A stretch of DNA of 32,000 nt from Candidatus Electronema halotolerans (lineage in GTDB: Bacteria; Desulfobacterota; Desulfobulbia; Desulfobulbales; Desulfobulbaceae), in the NCBI GenBank assembly GCA_942493095.1, contig OW818675.1:1260001-1292000 (forward strand), read 5' to 3'. Made by a program: the position numbers and the translations under genes. Positions 6,931 to 14,837 of the stretch are shown here, piece by piece. Numbering within the stretch: the first letter of the stretch is position 1; every line of letters starts with the position of its first letter. A model generated the notes under the pieces. The model did not search any database. It was not told the origin of the DNA and saw only the letters and a list, made by a program, of their open reading frames with translations.

Positions 6931-8856
6931 ATGAAAAACAAAGCGCAGGCGGCAGCCCCGGAAGTTGTCAGCGAATTTCTCGGCAAAATCATGCCGTTCA
7001 AGGAACTGGCCCCAGAAACCATCCAGCAGGTGGCCAGCCAGGTCAAGGTGGATTTCTATCCCAAGGGCACCCGTCTGTTTCAAGCGGGCAAAAGCAGGAT
7101 TGATTACCTTTACCTGATTCAGCAGGGCGGGGTCAAATCCTTTATTGTTGATGACGAAGGCGTTGAAACTCTGAAGGATTTCAGAGGGGAAGGCGACTAC
7201 ATCGGCGCGCTGGGCATTATTCGCGGCACGCTGGCCAGTCTTGAGGTGGAGATGGTTGAGGACACCTTCTGCTTTCTCCTGCCCAAAGAGGTTTTTCTTG
7301 ACCTGATCAAAACCCAGCCCGGCTTTTCCCAGTATTATCTAAAGAGCTTTTCGGAAAAAGTGGTGACTGCGGCCTACAGCGAGCTGCGGCGGCACCGAAT
7401 GGGCCGGAGCAGTGACAGCAATCTCCATCTTTTTTCCATTCAGGTCGGCGACATCATCCGTCAGCCGCCGCGCAAGATTGGCGCAGATCGCAGCATCCGC
7501 GAGGCCGCAGGCAGAATGGCCGAATACCGGGTCGCCTCGCTGCTTATTCATGCGCCGGAAGACGAGGAGCAGATCATCGGCATTGTCACGGACCGCGACC
7601 TGCGCAACAAGGTGCTGGCTCCGGGCCGGGACACCAACGAAGCTGTCCAAACGGTGATGTCCGCGCCAGTTGCGACCATTCTTTCCCAGTCAACCTGCTT
7701 TGATGCCCTGATCAAGATGATGTCCGCCTCCATTCACCACTTGGCTGTGGAGCAGAAAGACCGGATCATCGGCGTGATCACCTCGCACGACATCACTCTG
7801 ATTCAGGGCCATGCGCCATACTCCATGTTCAAGGAAATCGGCAGGCAGCAAGGAATTGAAGGGCTGCATCCCCTCTCCCGTCGGCTGCCTGAGATGATCC
7901 GCAATCTGATCCGGGAAGGTGCCAGAGCCGGACATATTGCCCGGATGATCGCCATTCTCAACGATCAGATCATCGAGCGGCTGCTCACCCTGCTGGAGGA
8001 AGAGCTGGGGCCGCCGCCAGTGGATTACTGCTGGCTCTTAGTTGGTTCCGAGGGCAGGCGCGAGCAGACCTTCCGCACTGATCAGGATAATGCCATCATT
8101 TACGAAGACCCGGCGGACGAAGCGCAGACAGAGGAATGTGAAGACTACTTTTCCAAATTTGCCCGCCGGGCCATTGGTCACTTAGTCCAGTGCGGCTATC
8201 CGCTCTGTCCGGGCGGCATCATGGCGGTCAATCCGCGCTGGCGGCAGCCGCTCTCAGTCTGGAAAGGTTATTTTGAAAACTGGGCGGCCATGCCTGAGCC
8301 AAAGGAGCTGCTCAATGCGACGATATTCTATGATTTCCGGCCAGGGTTCGGCAAGGCAGCCTTGGCGGACGAGCTGCGCCAGCATCTGAACGCGGTCACG
8401 CAGCGGCAGGAGTTGTACCTCTTCCATCTTGCCAAGCAATGCCTCGGAGCCAGAGTGCCGCTCTCCTTTTTCAAGAATTTCATTGTCGAAAAGAACGGCG
8501 AGCATAAGAACAAGCTCGATATCAAGACCCAAGGGCTGACTCCCTTTGTCAACTTTGCCCGCATTCTCGCCCTCAAGCACGGCATCAGGGAGACCAACAC
8601 CTTGGCCCGGCTGCAAGTGCTGGCCAAGGAGAGCTGCCTCAGCGAGGAGCTGGTCGCCAAGGCAGTTGATGCTTATGAAATGCAGATGCAGGTGCGGCTC
8701 GTCCATCAGCTCAACCAGATGGACGCAGGCCAGCAGCCGGACAACCACATTGATCCCGCTGACCTGTCCGAGCTGGACCGGCGGCTGCTCCGCGATGCCT
8801 TTGAAGTGATTGAACGGCTGCACGGGCTGCTGCGGACCCTGTTCCCCACTGCCTGA
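6931..8856 (+). CDS. Cyclic-nucleotide-binding / tandem CBS / DUF294 putative nucleotidyltransferase signalling protein
   Basis: N-terminal cNMP-binding-like region (FYPKGTRLFQAGKSRIDYLYLIQQG...GEGDYIGALG). Two CBS-like stretches (ASLLIH..IIGIVTDRDL; HHLAVEQKDRIIGVITSHDI). Then SEGRREQTFRTDQDNAII, the DUF294 nucleotidyltransferase motif, plus a C-terminal substrate-binding helical part. GGAGGTG lies 6 nt upstream of the ATG. Confidence 0.85.
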   Translation: MKNKAQAAAPEVVSEFLGKIMPFKELAPETIQQVASQVKVDFYPKGTRLFQAGKSRIDYLYLIQQGGVKSFIVDDEGVETLKDFRGEGDYIGALGIIRGTLASLEVEMVEDTFCFLLPKEVFLDLIKTQPGFSQYYLKSFSEKVVTAAYSELRRHRMGRSSDSNLHLFSIQVGDIIRQPPRKIGADRSIREAAGRMAEYRVASLLIHAPEDEEQIIGIVTDRDLRNKVLAPGRDTNEAVQTVMSAPVATILSQSTCFDALIKMMSASIHHLAVEQKDRIIGVITSHDITLIQGHAPYSMFKEIGRQQGIEGLHPLSRRLPEMIRNLIREGARAGHIARMIAILNDQIIERLLTLLEEELGPPPVDYCWLLVGSEGRREQTFRTDQDNAIIYEDPADEAQTEECEDYFSKFARRAIGHLVQCGYPLCPGGIMAVNPRWRQPLSVWKGYFENWAAMPEPKELLNATIFYDFRPGFGKAALADELRQHLNAVTQRQELYLFHLAKQCLGARVPLSFFKNFIVEKNGEHKNKLDIKTQGLTPFVNFARILALKHGIRETNTLARLQVLAKESCLSEELVAKAVDAYEMQMQVRLVHQLNQMDAGQQPDNHIDPADLSELDRRLLRDAFEVIERLHGLLRTLFPTA

Positions 8857-8868
8857 GCATCAAAAAAT

Positions 8869-9987
8869 TCAGCCGAGCCGGTGCATGAGCCAGAGGGCGG
8901 TGTTCAGAGCTGCACCCTGCTGAATCTGCTCGTTAAGCGAACCAGGTGGGATGACGGCTTTTTCCTTGCTGACTGCTTCCATGAGCAGTTGCCAGCTTTT
9001 TCTGAGCAGGGGCGGCAAGGCAAAGGAGGGTGACTCCTCTGCTCTGCCTGCGCCGGGCAGAAGCAGCTCCATGTCCGGCAGGCCGTCTAAATGCTGGGCC
9101 AGCTCTGCGGCTGCATCGACAAAGTCCGACTCTTGCAGCAGCCCGGCAGCATAGAGCGCGTTCATCGGGTTGAGCGGCTGCGCGGCGAGCAGATTTTGCA
9201 GGCCGTTTTGGCTGAGAACCTTGCGTCCATGCAGCAGGCCAAGACGGAGCTGCTCAGTCTGCCGGGCGGCAGGGCTGGCAGGATCAAAACCCTTGCCCAT
9301 CTCGTTCATCAGCACCGCAGCTTCCGGCAGATTGGCCCGCAGCAGCTGCACACCGGGCAGCCAGCCATCTTCAGCCACGGCAAAAATCTGCGTCTGCCAG
9401 CCCGCCAGCGTGAGCACGAACATTTCGTAAATCTCACCCTGCTCCTCCTCGACCCGCAGACAATAGGTGCCGGGGTTCAGTTCCAGATGCAGAACGCATA
9501 ACCGGCTTTCCGCATTGCAGATGCCGTGCTCCGCCTTGGCCATCAGCCCGCCGTCTAAATTATGCAGTGACACGCCCAGCCAAGGTTGGGCAGCAGCTTC
9601 TGTCAGTCCCCTGAGAACAAGAAAGAACTGACTGCCGTTTCCCGCTCGAAAAGGCGCAGTCTTGGCACGGGATAATTCCTGCGCCGCCTCGCCGTGCTCC
9701 TGTCGCCATGTCATGGTCTGGCGCAGGGGAACTGGGCTGGCAAACTGCACTGCCGGGCCGTCAAAGACCTTGACCGCAGCATCTGCCGGCACTTCGATCA
9801 GGCTGTCGCTCTGCACCTGCCCGACCCGGAAGCGGGCCTTGTACAGCCCCGGCGCAACCATCGCCTCAACACTGCCGATTCCGGCGGCAATTTTCTCAAA
9901 GCGGCGGTCCACCAGAAAAACTTCAGTCAGGCTGTCCGCCGCATTGACTCGGAGAGTCACCATGCTCTCAGACTGTGATCCGCTCAT
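8869..9987 (-). CDS. Hypothetical protein, last gene of the transglutaminase/caspase operon; beta-sandwich (PEGA/CarboxypepD_reg-like) N-terminal region and helical C-terminal region
   Basis: The ORF is long and non-repetitive. AMVAPGLYKARFRV and LELNPGTYCLRV echo LELEPGLYKIAV in the C-terminus of the upstream caspase. The start is uncertain. M26 (9987) has GAGGTG 7 nt upstream and a 20-nt overlap with the caspase gene. M34 (9963) lies 4 nt after the caspase stop. Confidence 0.5.
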   Translation of the reverse strand: MSGSQSESMVTLRVNAADSLTEVFLVDRRFEKIAAGIGSVEAMVAPGLYKARFRVGQVQSDSLIEVPADAAVKVFDGPAVQFASPVPLRQTMTWRQEHGEAAQELSRAKTAPFRAGNGSQFFLVLRGLTEAAAQPWLGVSLHNLDGGLMAKAEHGICNAESRLCVLHLELNPGTYCLRVEEEQGEIYEMFVLTLAGWQTQIFAVAEDGWLPGVQLLRANLPEAAVLMNEMGKGFDPASPAARQTEQLRLGLLHGRKVLSQNGLQNLLAAQPLNPMNALYAAGLLQESDFVDAAAELAQHLDGLPDMELLLPGAGRAEESPSFALPPLLRKSWQLLMEAVSKEKAVIPPGSLNEQIQQGAALNTALWLMHRLG

Positions 9988-11005
9988 TGTTCGGCACCTC
10001 GAAAATTTTCTGGCGGCCTGTGCTGCTGACCGCGATTTTATACAGTCCCGGCTCCAGCTCAAGGCTCAGGCTGGCGGCTGAGGCTTTTTCCTGCCGAATT
10101 TCCTTGAAGTCGCCATTGTAGAGCACCAGCGTTTCCGTGCCGCTGTAGGGCTGGAGATCAACCTGCACTGGCAGAGCTGCGGCCTTTTTCCGCTGAAAAA
10201 AGGTGATGTCGCGGTACGAGTCAAGACGGATTTCCGGGGGTTCAATTGTCACATCTCCGGCAAATTTGGCCAGACTGTTATGAATCTGATTTTTCAGCAG
10301 CCCGCCAGTCACGCGGCCCTGCTCATCCGGGCCGGTCACACGCAGGGCATCCAGAACCGCCTTGGTGAAAATGCCTGACTTTCTGCCGTCAGCAAAGCTC
10401 CGCTCTCTGGCCACTTGCCCCCTGCCCACGGCAAAGGCGTAAAAACAGCGCACTTTGTCCGCTGCCGGGCTGCCCGCGCTGACCACATACTGCGGCTCCC
10501 GGATTGAATGCCACGAGTTGACCGTGCGGCAGCAGTCCATGATTAGGACCAGCTCATCAAAGACCGCATGACGGTGCAGCCATTCCACATAATCTGTGAT
10601 TGCAACATGCCAAGGAAACATCCTTTTTGCATTGGCGGCGTAGAGAGCGGTCTGACTGATGTCACCCGGATCGCCAAAGCCGTGCCCGGCGACAAAAATG
10701 TAAAGCCGTTCGCCCTGCCGTCCCTGCACCCCGTTGACAATGAACGGCTCAAACAGGGCCTCGACCTGATTCGGGATCGGTCGGGCTTCTTCAGCAGAAA
10801 AATCTGAGGAGAGGATGCGCCGGATATTGCTTTCCGGCAGATTGCCGCCTGTCGGGTCGCGCAGCCAGGCATAAAAATCTTCCGCATCATTGACCGGCCC
10901 TTTGAGCGGTGCCAAACCGCTCAGAGGATAGTCGTTGATGCCAATGACAATGGCACAATGCTGCTTATTGGACATCATCCGGCACCTGTGCTTGAATGGA
11001 AACAT
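9968..11005 (-). CDS. Caspase-like (peptidase C14, orthocaspase) protein with C-terminal beta-sandwich domain
   Basis: CAIVIGINDYP...LKGPVNDAEDF, the His context YIFVAGHGFG and the Cys context LVLIMDCCRT give a C14 His/Cys dyad arrangement. Alternative starts are M10/M11 (10978/10975). Confidence 0.8.
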   Translation of the reverse strand: MFPFKHRCRMMSNKQHCAIVIGINDYPLSGLAPLKGPVNDAEDFYAWLRDPTGGNLPESNIRRILSSDFSAEEARPIPNQVEALFEPFIVNGVQGRQGERLYIFVAGHGFGDPGDISQTALYAANAKRMFPWHVAITDYVEWLHRHAVFDELVLIMDCCRTVNSWHSIREPQYVVSAGSPAADKVRCFYAFAVGRGQVARERSFADGRKSGIFTKAVLDALRVTGPDEQGRVTGGLLKNQIHNSLAKFAGDVTIEPPEIRLDSYRDITFFQRKKAAALPVQVDLQPYSGTETLVLYNGDFKEIRQEKASAASLSLELEPGLYKIAVSSTGRQKIFEVPNNERITV

Positions 11006-11056
11006 GATCAGGCAGGCTCCGGCGCAGTGTTGTCCACGCCGGAGCTGTTCAGCCGC

Positions 11057-12727
11057 TCAGTTGTTGGCCAATTCGATCAGCCGCTCGACAATGGCGGCCA
11101 ACGGCGCGCTGGAGCCGTTGGAAGCGCTTGCCGCTGCGGACTGCCAGTTTGCAGGCACTGCCTGTCCCTCGGCCCAGGAGCCGCCCGGTTCGTAGGAAGT
11201 CCGCGCCCGGTCGCCCGGCCCCGGAGTCCAGAGGAAGTCAGGATGGCGGTTCAGGTACCATTCTCCGCCAATGATCTTGCCGGAGAAATCCAGCTCCAGA
11301 TCATAGTAATAGCGGACTGTGTCAATCGCATCCGCAGCCGAGCTGTCAACCGTGCTCTGGCTGGGCGCAGTCTCGACCGTGTAGGAGACATCCATAGCAA
11401 TGCCGACCATGCTGTCTGTCTGCGGGCTGCGGTACTTGGCAAAACGGTCATTGCTGAAGCTGCTCTTGGACACCGTGGCCTCTGCCAGACTGTTGCGGTA
11501 CACCATTTCCTTGGGATTGAAATAGTAGTAGCGGTAGCCGACCATGGGCTGGTTCCAGACTTCGTAGTCAAAAGTCGCGTCAATGACCATGCTCCGCCCG
11601 GATGCGCCGATCTGATTGACCACGGCCAGATGCCAGGTGCCGGGATTGGTGTCAAAGCAGCGGTCAGAGAGAATCCGCTTGTTCTGCGGATCAGTCGGCG
11701 GATTTGTTTCATTGCAGCGGCCGCCGATGAATTTGACTTGGGGGCTGACTTTAGCCCAGAGCAAGGAGGCCAGTCCTTTGATGTCAGACGGATAAAAGGT
11801 CAGCCATGTTTGCCCGTCCGCAGCCAGGACTTTGACGGATTTTTGGGGCCGGGCCAGCATGTAGGCGGCTGTCGCCCAGCCGTGGCAGATGCCCATCCAA
11901 GCGGCCACGGAGCCGGATTGTCTGTGATAATATTCACCCTCAGCCCACATTTTTTTGGTCAGGGTGTAGTTGCTGTCGCCGACTAAGATGTCATATTTTT
12001 CCGAAGGCGAAAGCAGATCAATGGCCGCTGCATCGCCGCTGGCCAAAATGCTGGCTGCCGGACGGCTTTCAACATAATCGTTGCATTCCTTCCAGTCTAA
12101 TGAATCAGGAAAGCTGGGATCATCATACCGCTTGCCAAGAATGCCCCGGCAGATGGCCCAGTAGTCACAGGACCACGGCGTGTTCCGCAGCCGCACATTC
12201 CGCAGGCCGCTGCTCTCCATGCTTTGCAGACCGGAGTGGCTGAAGGTGTCCACCAAATTGACGGCCTGATCATTGTAATTCCATGCAGCCCGGCCTGCGG
12301 CATCCTCTTCTGATTCAAGAACCAGCTTGCGCTGCTCGTCGCGGGCCTCCACATAGGCCTTTTCCTCAAGCGCGGCCTGATCAAAAGGTGGCTGCGAGAC
12401 CTCGTTCTCTCCGGCCTGCTCCTTCTGCTTGGGCGGCTGCCGGTCCATGAATGCGCCAATATTGTTGACAAAACTCTGCAAATCCGCATTGACCGCCTGT
12501 TCGTCATTCTCAGTCTCAGACCCGGACGCAGCCGCAGCCGGTTTCGGTTCTGCTTCGTGACTGTGCGGATGTTCGTGATCATGATCATGAACATGGTCAT
12601 GCCCGCAGCAGGAATTGCCATGATCATGACTGTGATCAGCAGGTTTGGAGCTGCTGTCACAGCTGCAGCCACAGCTTTTGAAGAAGTTTAACAGAGGGCA
12701 GTTGTGTTTTTTTGACGAGTTGGACAT
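11057..12727 (-). CDS. GP42-type 'transglutaminase elicitor' family protein with His/Cys-rich N-terminal tract
   Basis: VWNQPMVGYRYYY (11522-11560) matches the oomycete Pep-13 peptide VWNQPVRGFKVYE at 7 of 13 positions, including W2 and P5 (11 of 13 if conservative M/V, Y/F, R/K and Y/V replacements are also counted). The candidate nucleophile context is WMGICHGWATAAY (11876-11893). The N-terminus reads MSNSSKKHNCPLLNFFKSCGCSCDSSSKPADHSHDHGNSCCGHDHVHDHDHEHPHSH. I chose the start at 12727 because AGGAGG lies 5 nt upstream; the track start at 12769 lacks this. Confidence 0.7.
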   Translation of the reverse strand: MSNSSKKHNCPLLNFFKSCGCSCDSSSKPADHSHDHGNSCCGHDHVHDHDHEHPHSHEAEPKPAAAASGSETENDEQAVNADLQSFVNNIGAFMDRQPPKQKEQAGENEVSQPPFDQAALEEKAYVEARDEQRKLVLESEEDAAGRAAWNYNDQAVNLVDTFSHSGLQSMESSGLRNVRLRNTPWSCDYWAICRGILGKRYDDPSFPDSLDWKECNDYVESRPAASILASGDAAAIDLLSPSEKYDILVGDSNYTLTKKMWAEGEYYHRQSGSVAAWMGICHGWATAAYMLARPQKSVKVLAADGQTWLTFYPSDIKGLASLLWAKVSPQVKFIGGRCNETNPPTDPQNKRILSDRCFDTNPGTWHLAVVNQIGASGRSMVIDATFDYEVWNQPMVGYRYYYFNPKEMVYRNSLAEATVSKSSFSNDRFAKYRSPQTDSMVGIAMDVSYTVETAPSQSTVDSSAADAIDTVRYYYDLELDFSGKIIGGEWYLNRHPDFLWTPGPGDRARTSYEPGGSWAEGQAVPANWQSAAASASNGSSAPLAAIVERLIELANN

Positions 12728-13024
12728 GATCTCCTCCTTGAATTGGATGGTGCTGCCGAAAAACTGCATAATTTGAATCTACTCCAAAATCAGCAGATCG
12801 CCAAGGCATTGCCTGAAAAATATCATAGTTCATCCTTGAGGCGGCTGAAAGGGCCTGCGGCGGCAAAAACAGGAATTTTTTCCGCAATGCGAGGAGGCAA
12901 GAGCGCTGTTCAACCTTGCCCGGATTTCTTAAATCTGGTAAAAGAATCCGCAGGATGACACGGACAGCCTCTTTTGAGAGGTATTTTTATAAAATACAAG
13001 ATGTTGCGTGACAAGCGGCAATAA

Positions 13025-13373
13025 GTGAAATTGACAAATTTTCTTCAAGAAACACAGAATTCATTAAAAAACAACTACCTTGCCGATGACAGGCCGTGGG
13101 TTGTCGCTTTTTCCGGCGGCAAGGACTCGACATTGGTTTTGCAACTTGTTTATGAGATGCTGCTTGAACTTGACGACCAAGCTGTGAAACCAGTGCATAT
13201 CGTCTGTTCAGACACCCGCGTGGAGCCGCCCAATGTTGCTGAATATCTTCACAACAGTCTGCGGCAGCTGGAAGAACATGCAAAGCAATGCCGTTTTCCT
13301 CTCTTTGTTCATATTGTTCAGCCAACACCTGATGAAAGTTTCTGGTTTATTCTGGTTTAATGTGATAGGGAAA
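13025..13373 (+). pseudogene. dndC: 5' remnant of DNA phosphorothioation gene dndC (PAPS-reductase-fold sulfurtransferase)
   Basis: DDRPWVVAFSGGKDSTLVLQLVYEML...VHIVCSDTRVEPPNV...PDESFW has the P-loop SGGKDS and SDT.VE motifs of DndC N-termini. A 10-bp tandem duplication (tctggtttat/tctggtttaa, 13341-13360) shifts the frame. Without it the reading continues FWFNVIGK, then ends. About 110 of roughly 500 codons remain. Confidence 0.75.
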
Positions 13374-13903
13374 GTTGCATGATGGATGGAATTAACAGAT
13401 ATTTTAAATTGTTTTATAATCTCCGGGCGGATACGAGCAAGAGACGATGGTCTGAAGCAACTTGCTGCCGGGCACCGCACAAGCCTCTTTTCTTGCTTTC
13501 TATTTTTGATCTGATAGCATCAGGTGGAATAGTTGACAATTTTATAACGCCTTCGTTTGAACTCTCTGATTCTTTCGCAGCATACTGGTCAGCTGTCATG
13601 CCTCTTGGAAGTACCGGTTTAATGTGTTTGCCATTTTACCATCTTGCCACATCTGGATTTTGGCACCTTATACCGCAGCCAGATATGTTAGATGAACGTG
13701 GCCGTTCTATCAAATCAATGAAGCGTTTTACTTTTTTCTATCAGGGAGCCAAATTTAGTGATGATTTGTTTTTGTTGTTGAAAAACGAGCATTTCTTAGA
13801 AAAGCTGAGAACAATCTTGATTAAAACTTATTTTTCTCCTGATGCTCAGATAGCTTTAGCGAAGCAATCAATAATAAATTTAGAGTCATCGAAATATAGC
13901 TGT

Positions 13904-14091
13904 GTGGATTCAACTCGCAAGTGCAACTTTTTTTGGTTATCCAAAAAGCATAGGTTGGCTGGCACTTTGAATACTTCATGTAAATTTTCAATTATTTTCT
14001 CTTAGTTAGCGACAAAAGCAAAGTTGTGACACTCCCGTAACTGCCTTTTCTTGCAACCAAAAAAAGTTGCACTTGGAACTTGAATTCACCC
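13904..14091. mobile_element. MITE-like element (about 188 bp) with 35-bp terminal inverted repeats
   Basis: 13904-13938 (gtggattcaactcgcaagtgcaactttttttggtt) matches the reverse complement of 14055-14089 at 31/35 positions. It is flanked by a direct repeat (c)tgt at 13900-13903 and 14091-14094. Excision restores the host reading frame. Confidence 0.65.
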
Positions 14092-14443
14092 TGTAAAATA
14101 CTTGGGACAAATGAAATAATAAAAAATTATGAATTAACAATAGAAGATGAAGGTGTAAAAAATAAAATTCGGAGTCGAGGATTTCGCAAAGCCATTGTTA
14201 AATTGTATGAGCACCGTTGTGCTCTATGCGGCCTTCGCATCTTGACACCAGAAGGGCATACAGTTGTTGAAGCTGCTCATATTATACCTTGGAGTGCAAG
14301 TAAAAATGATCAACCACAGAACGGCATGGCCTTGTGTCGATTATGTCATTGGTTTTTTGACGAAGGTTTGATGGGAGTAGGAAAGTGTTATGAGATTCTG
14401 ATTTCACCTCTTGTCCGTCAGGGTGACAATTATCCCGGCCATA

Positions 14444-14569
14444 TAGCGGTTATGGGTTGAACGGCTATCAAATATCTTTGCTTTGTCAAAATTTTTGTAT
14501 GTATAAATTCAACAAGTTAAATTAAGCATCAATATATCAGGGTGATCACCATTCGGCGTGTAACCGCTA
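14444..14569. mobile_element. 126-bp MITE derived from an IS630-family element, TA target duplication
   Basis: The termini are tagcggtta.../...taaccgcta, flanked by TA (14442-43 and 14570-71). The left end matches the left end of the IS630 copy at 24285 at 23/30 positions. The right end matches at 21/29. Excision plus one TA restores the host frame. Confidence 0.7.
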
Positions 14570-14837
14570 TATAGAGACTATGACCGGTCGGGGCATTTTA
14601 AAACCTGAGAAAAAGATGTTCTGGCCTGATTTAGAATATTTAGAAATCCATAGAAAAGAAATTTTCAGAAAAAATTGATGTTATAAGACTCAATCATTAA
14701 ATTCATAGTTACTCACTTATCGAAAATCCTTGCAGAGGTATATTTTATAACTCGCCTATTACAAAAAAAATGACGGTCAACCTCCTGATATACGATATGA
14801 ACTGATGCTGACCACTTTTGCCGTCACCGTGTACAAG

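Larger units (their letters stand above)
13379..14678 (+). pseudogene. HNH (HNH_2 type) endonuclease with N-terminal sulfur-binding-domain-like region, disrupted by two MITE insertions
   Basis: The N-terminal part has RAPHKPLFLLSIFDLI...LPFYHLATSGFWHL. The HNH part has CALCGLRIL...VEAAHIIPWS...NGMALCRLCHWFFDEG. Removing 13904-14094 (191 nt) and 14444-14571 (128 nt) joins three fragments in frame into a 326-codon ORF ending at the TGA at 14676-14678. Confidence 0.7.

Noticed and set aside
6744-7046. N-terminal 101-aa extension of the yceD ORF (track ORF 6222..7046)
   Set aside because: The extension is hydrophobic, low-complexity sequence that overlaps the start of the divergent gene at 6931. 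DUF177 homology begins at MKIPFAEI (6743).
12728-12990. Sigma-54 or strong sigma-70 promoter upstream of the transglutaminase operon
   Set aside because: I looked for TGGCAC-N5-TTGC and found only a poor TGGCGA...CTGA with wrong GG/GC spacing. A TATGAT -10-like hexamer has no convincing -35. This is not reportable.
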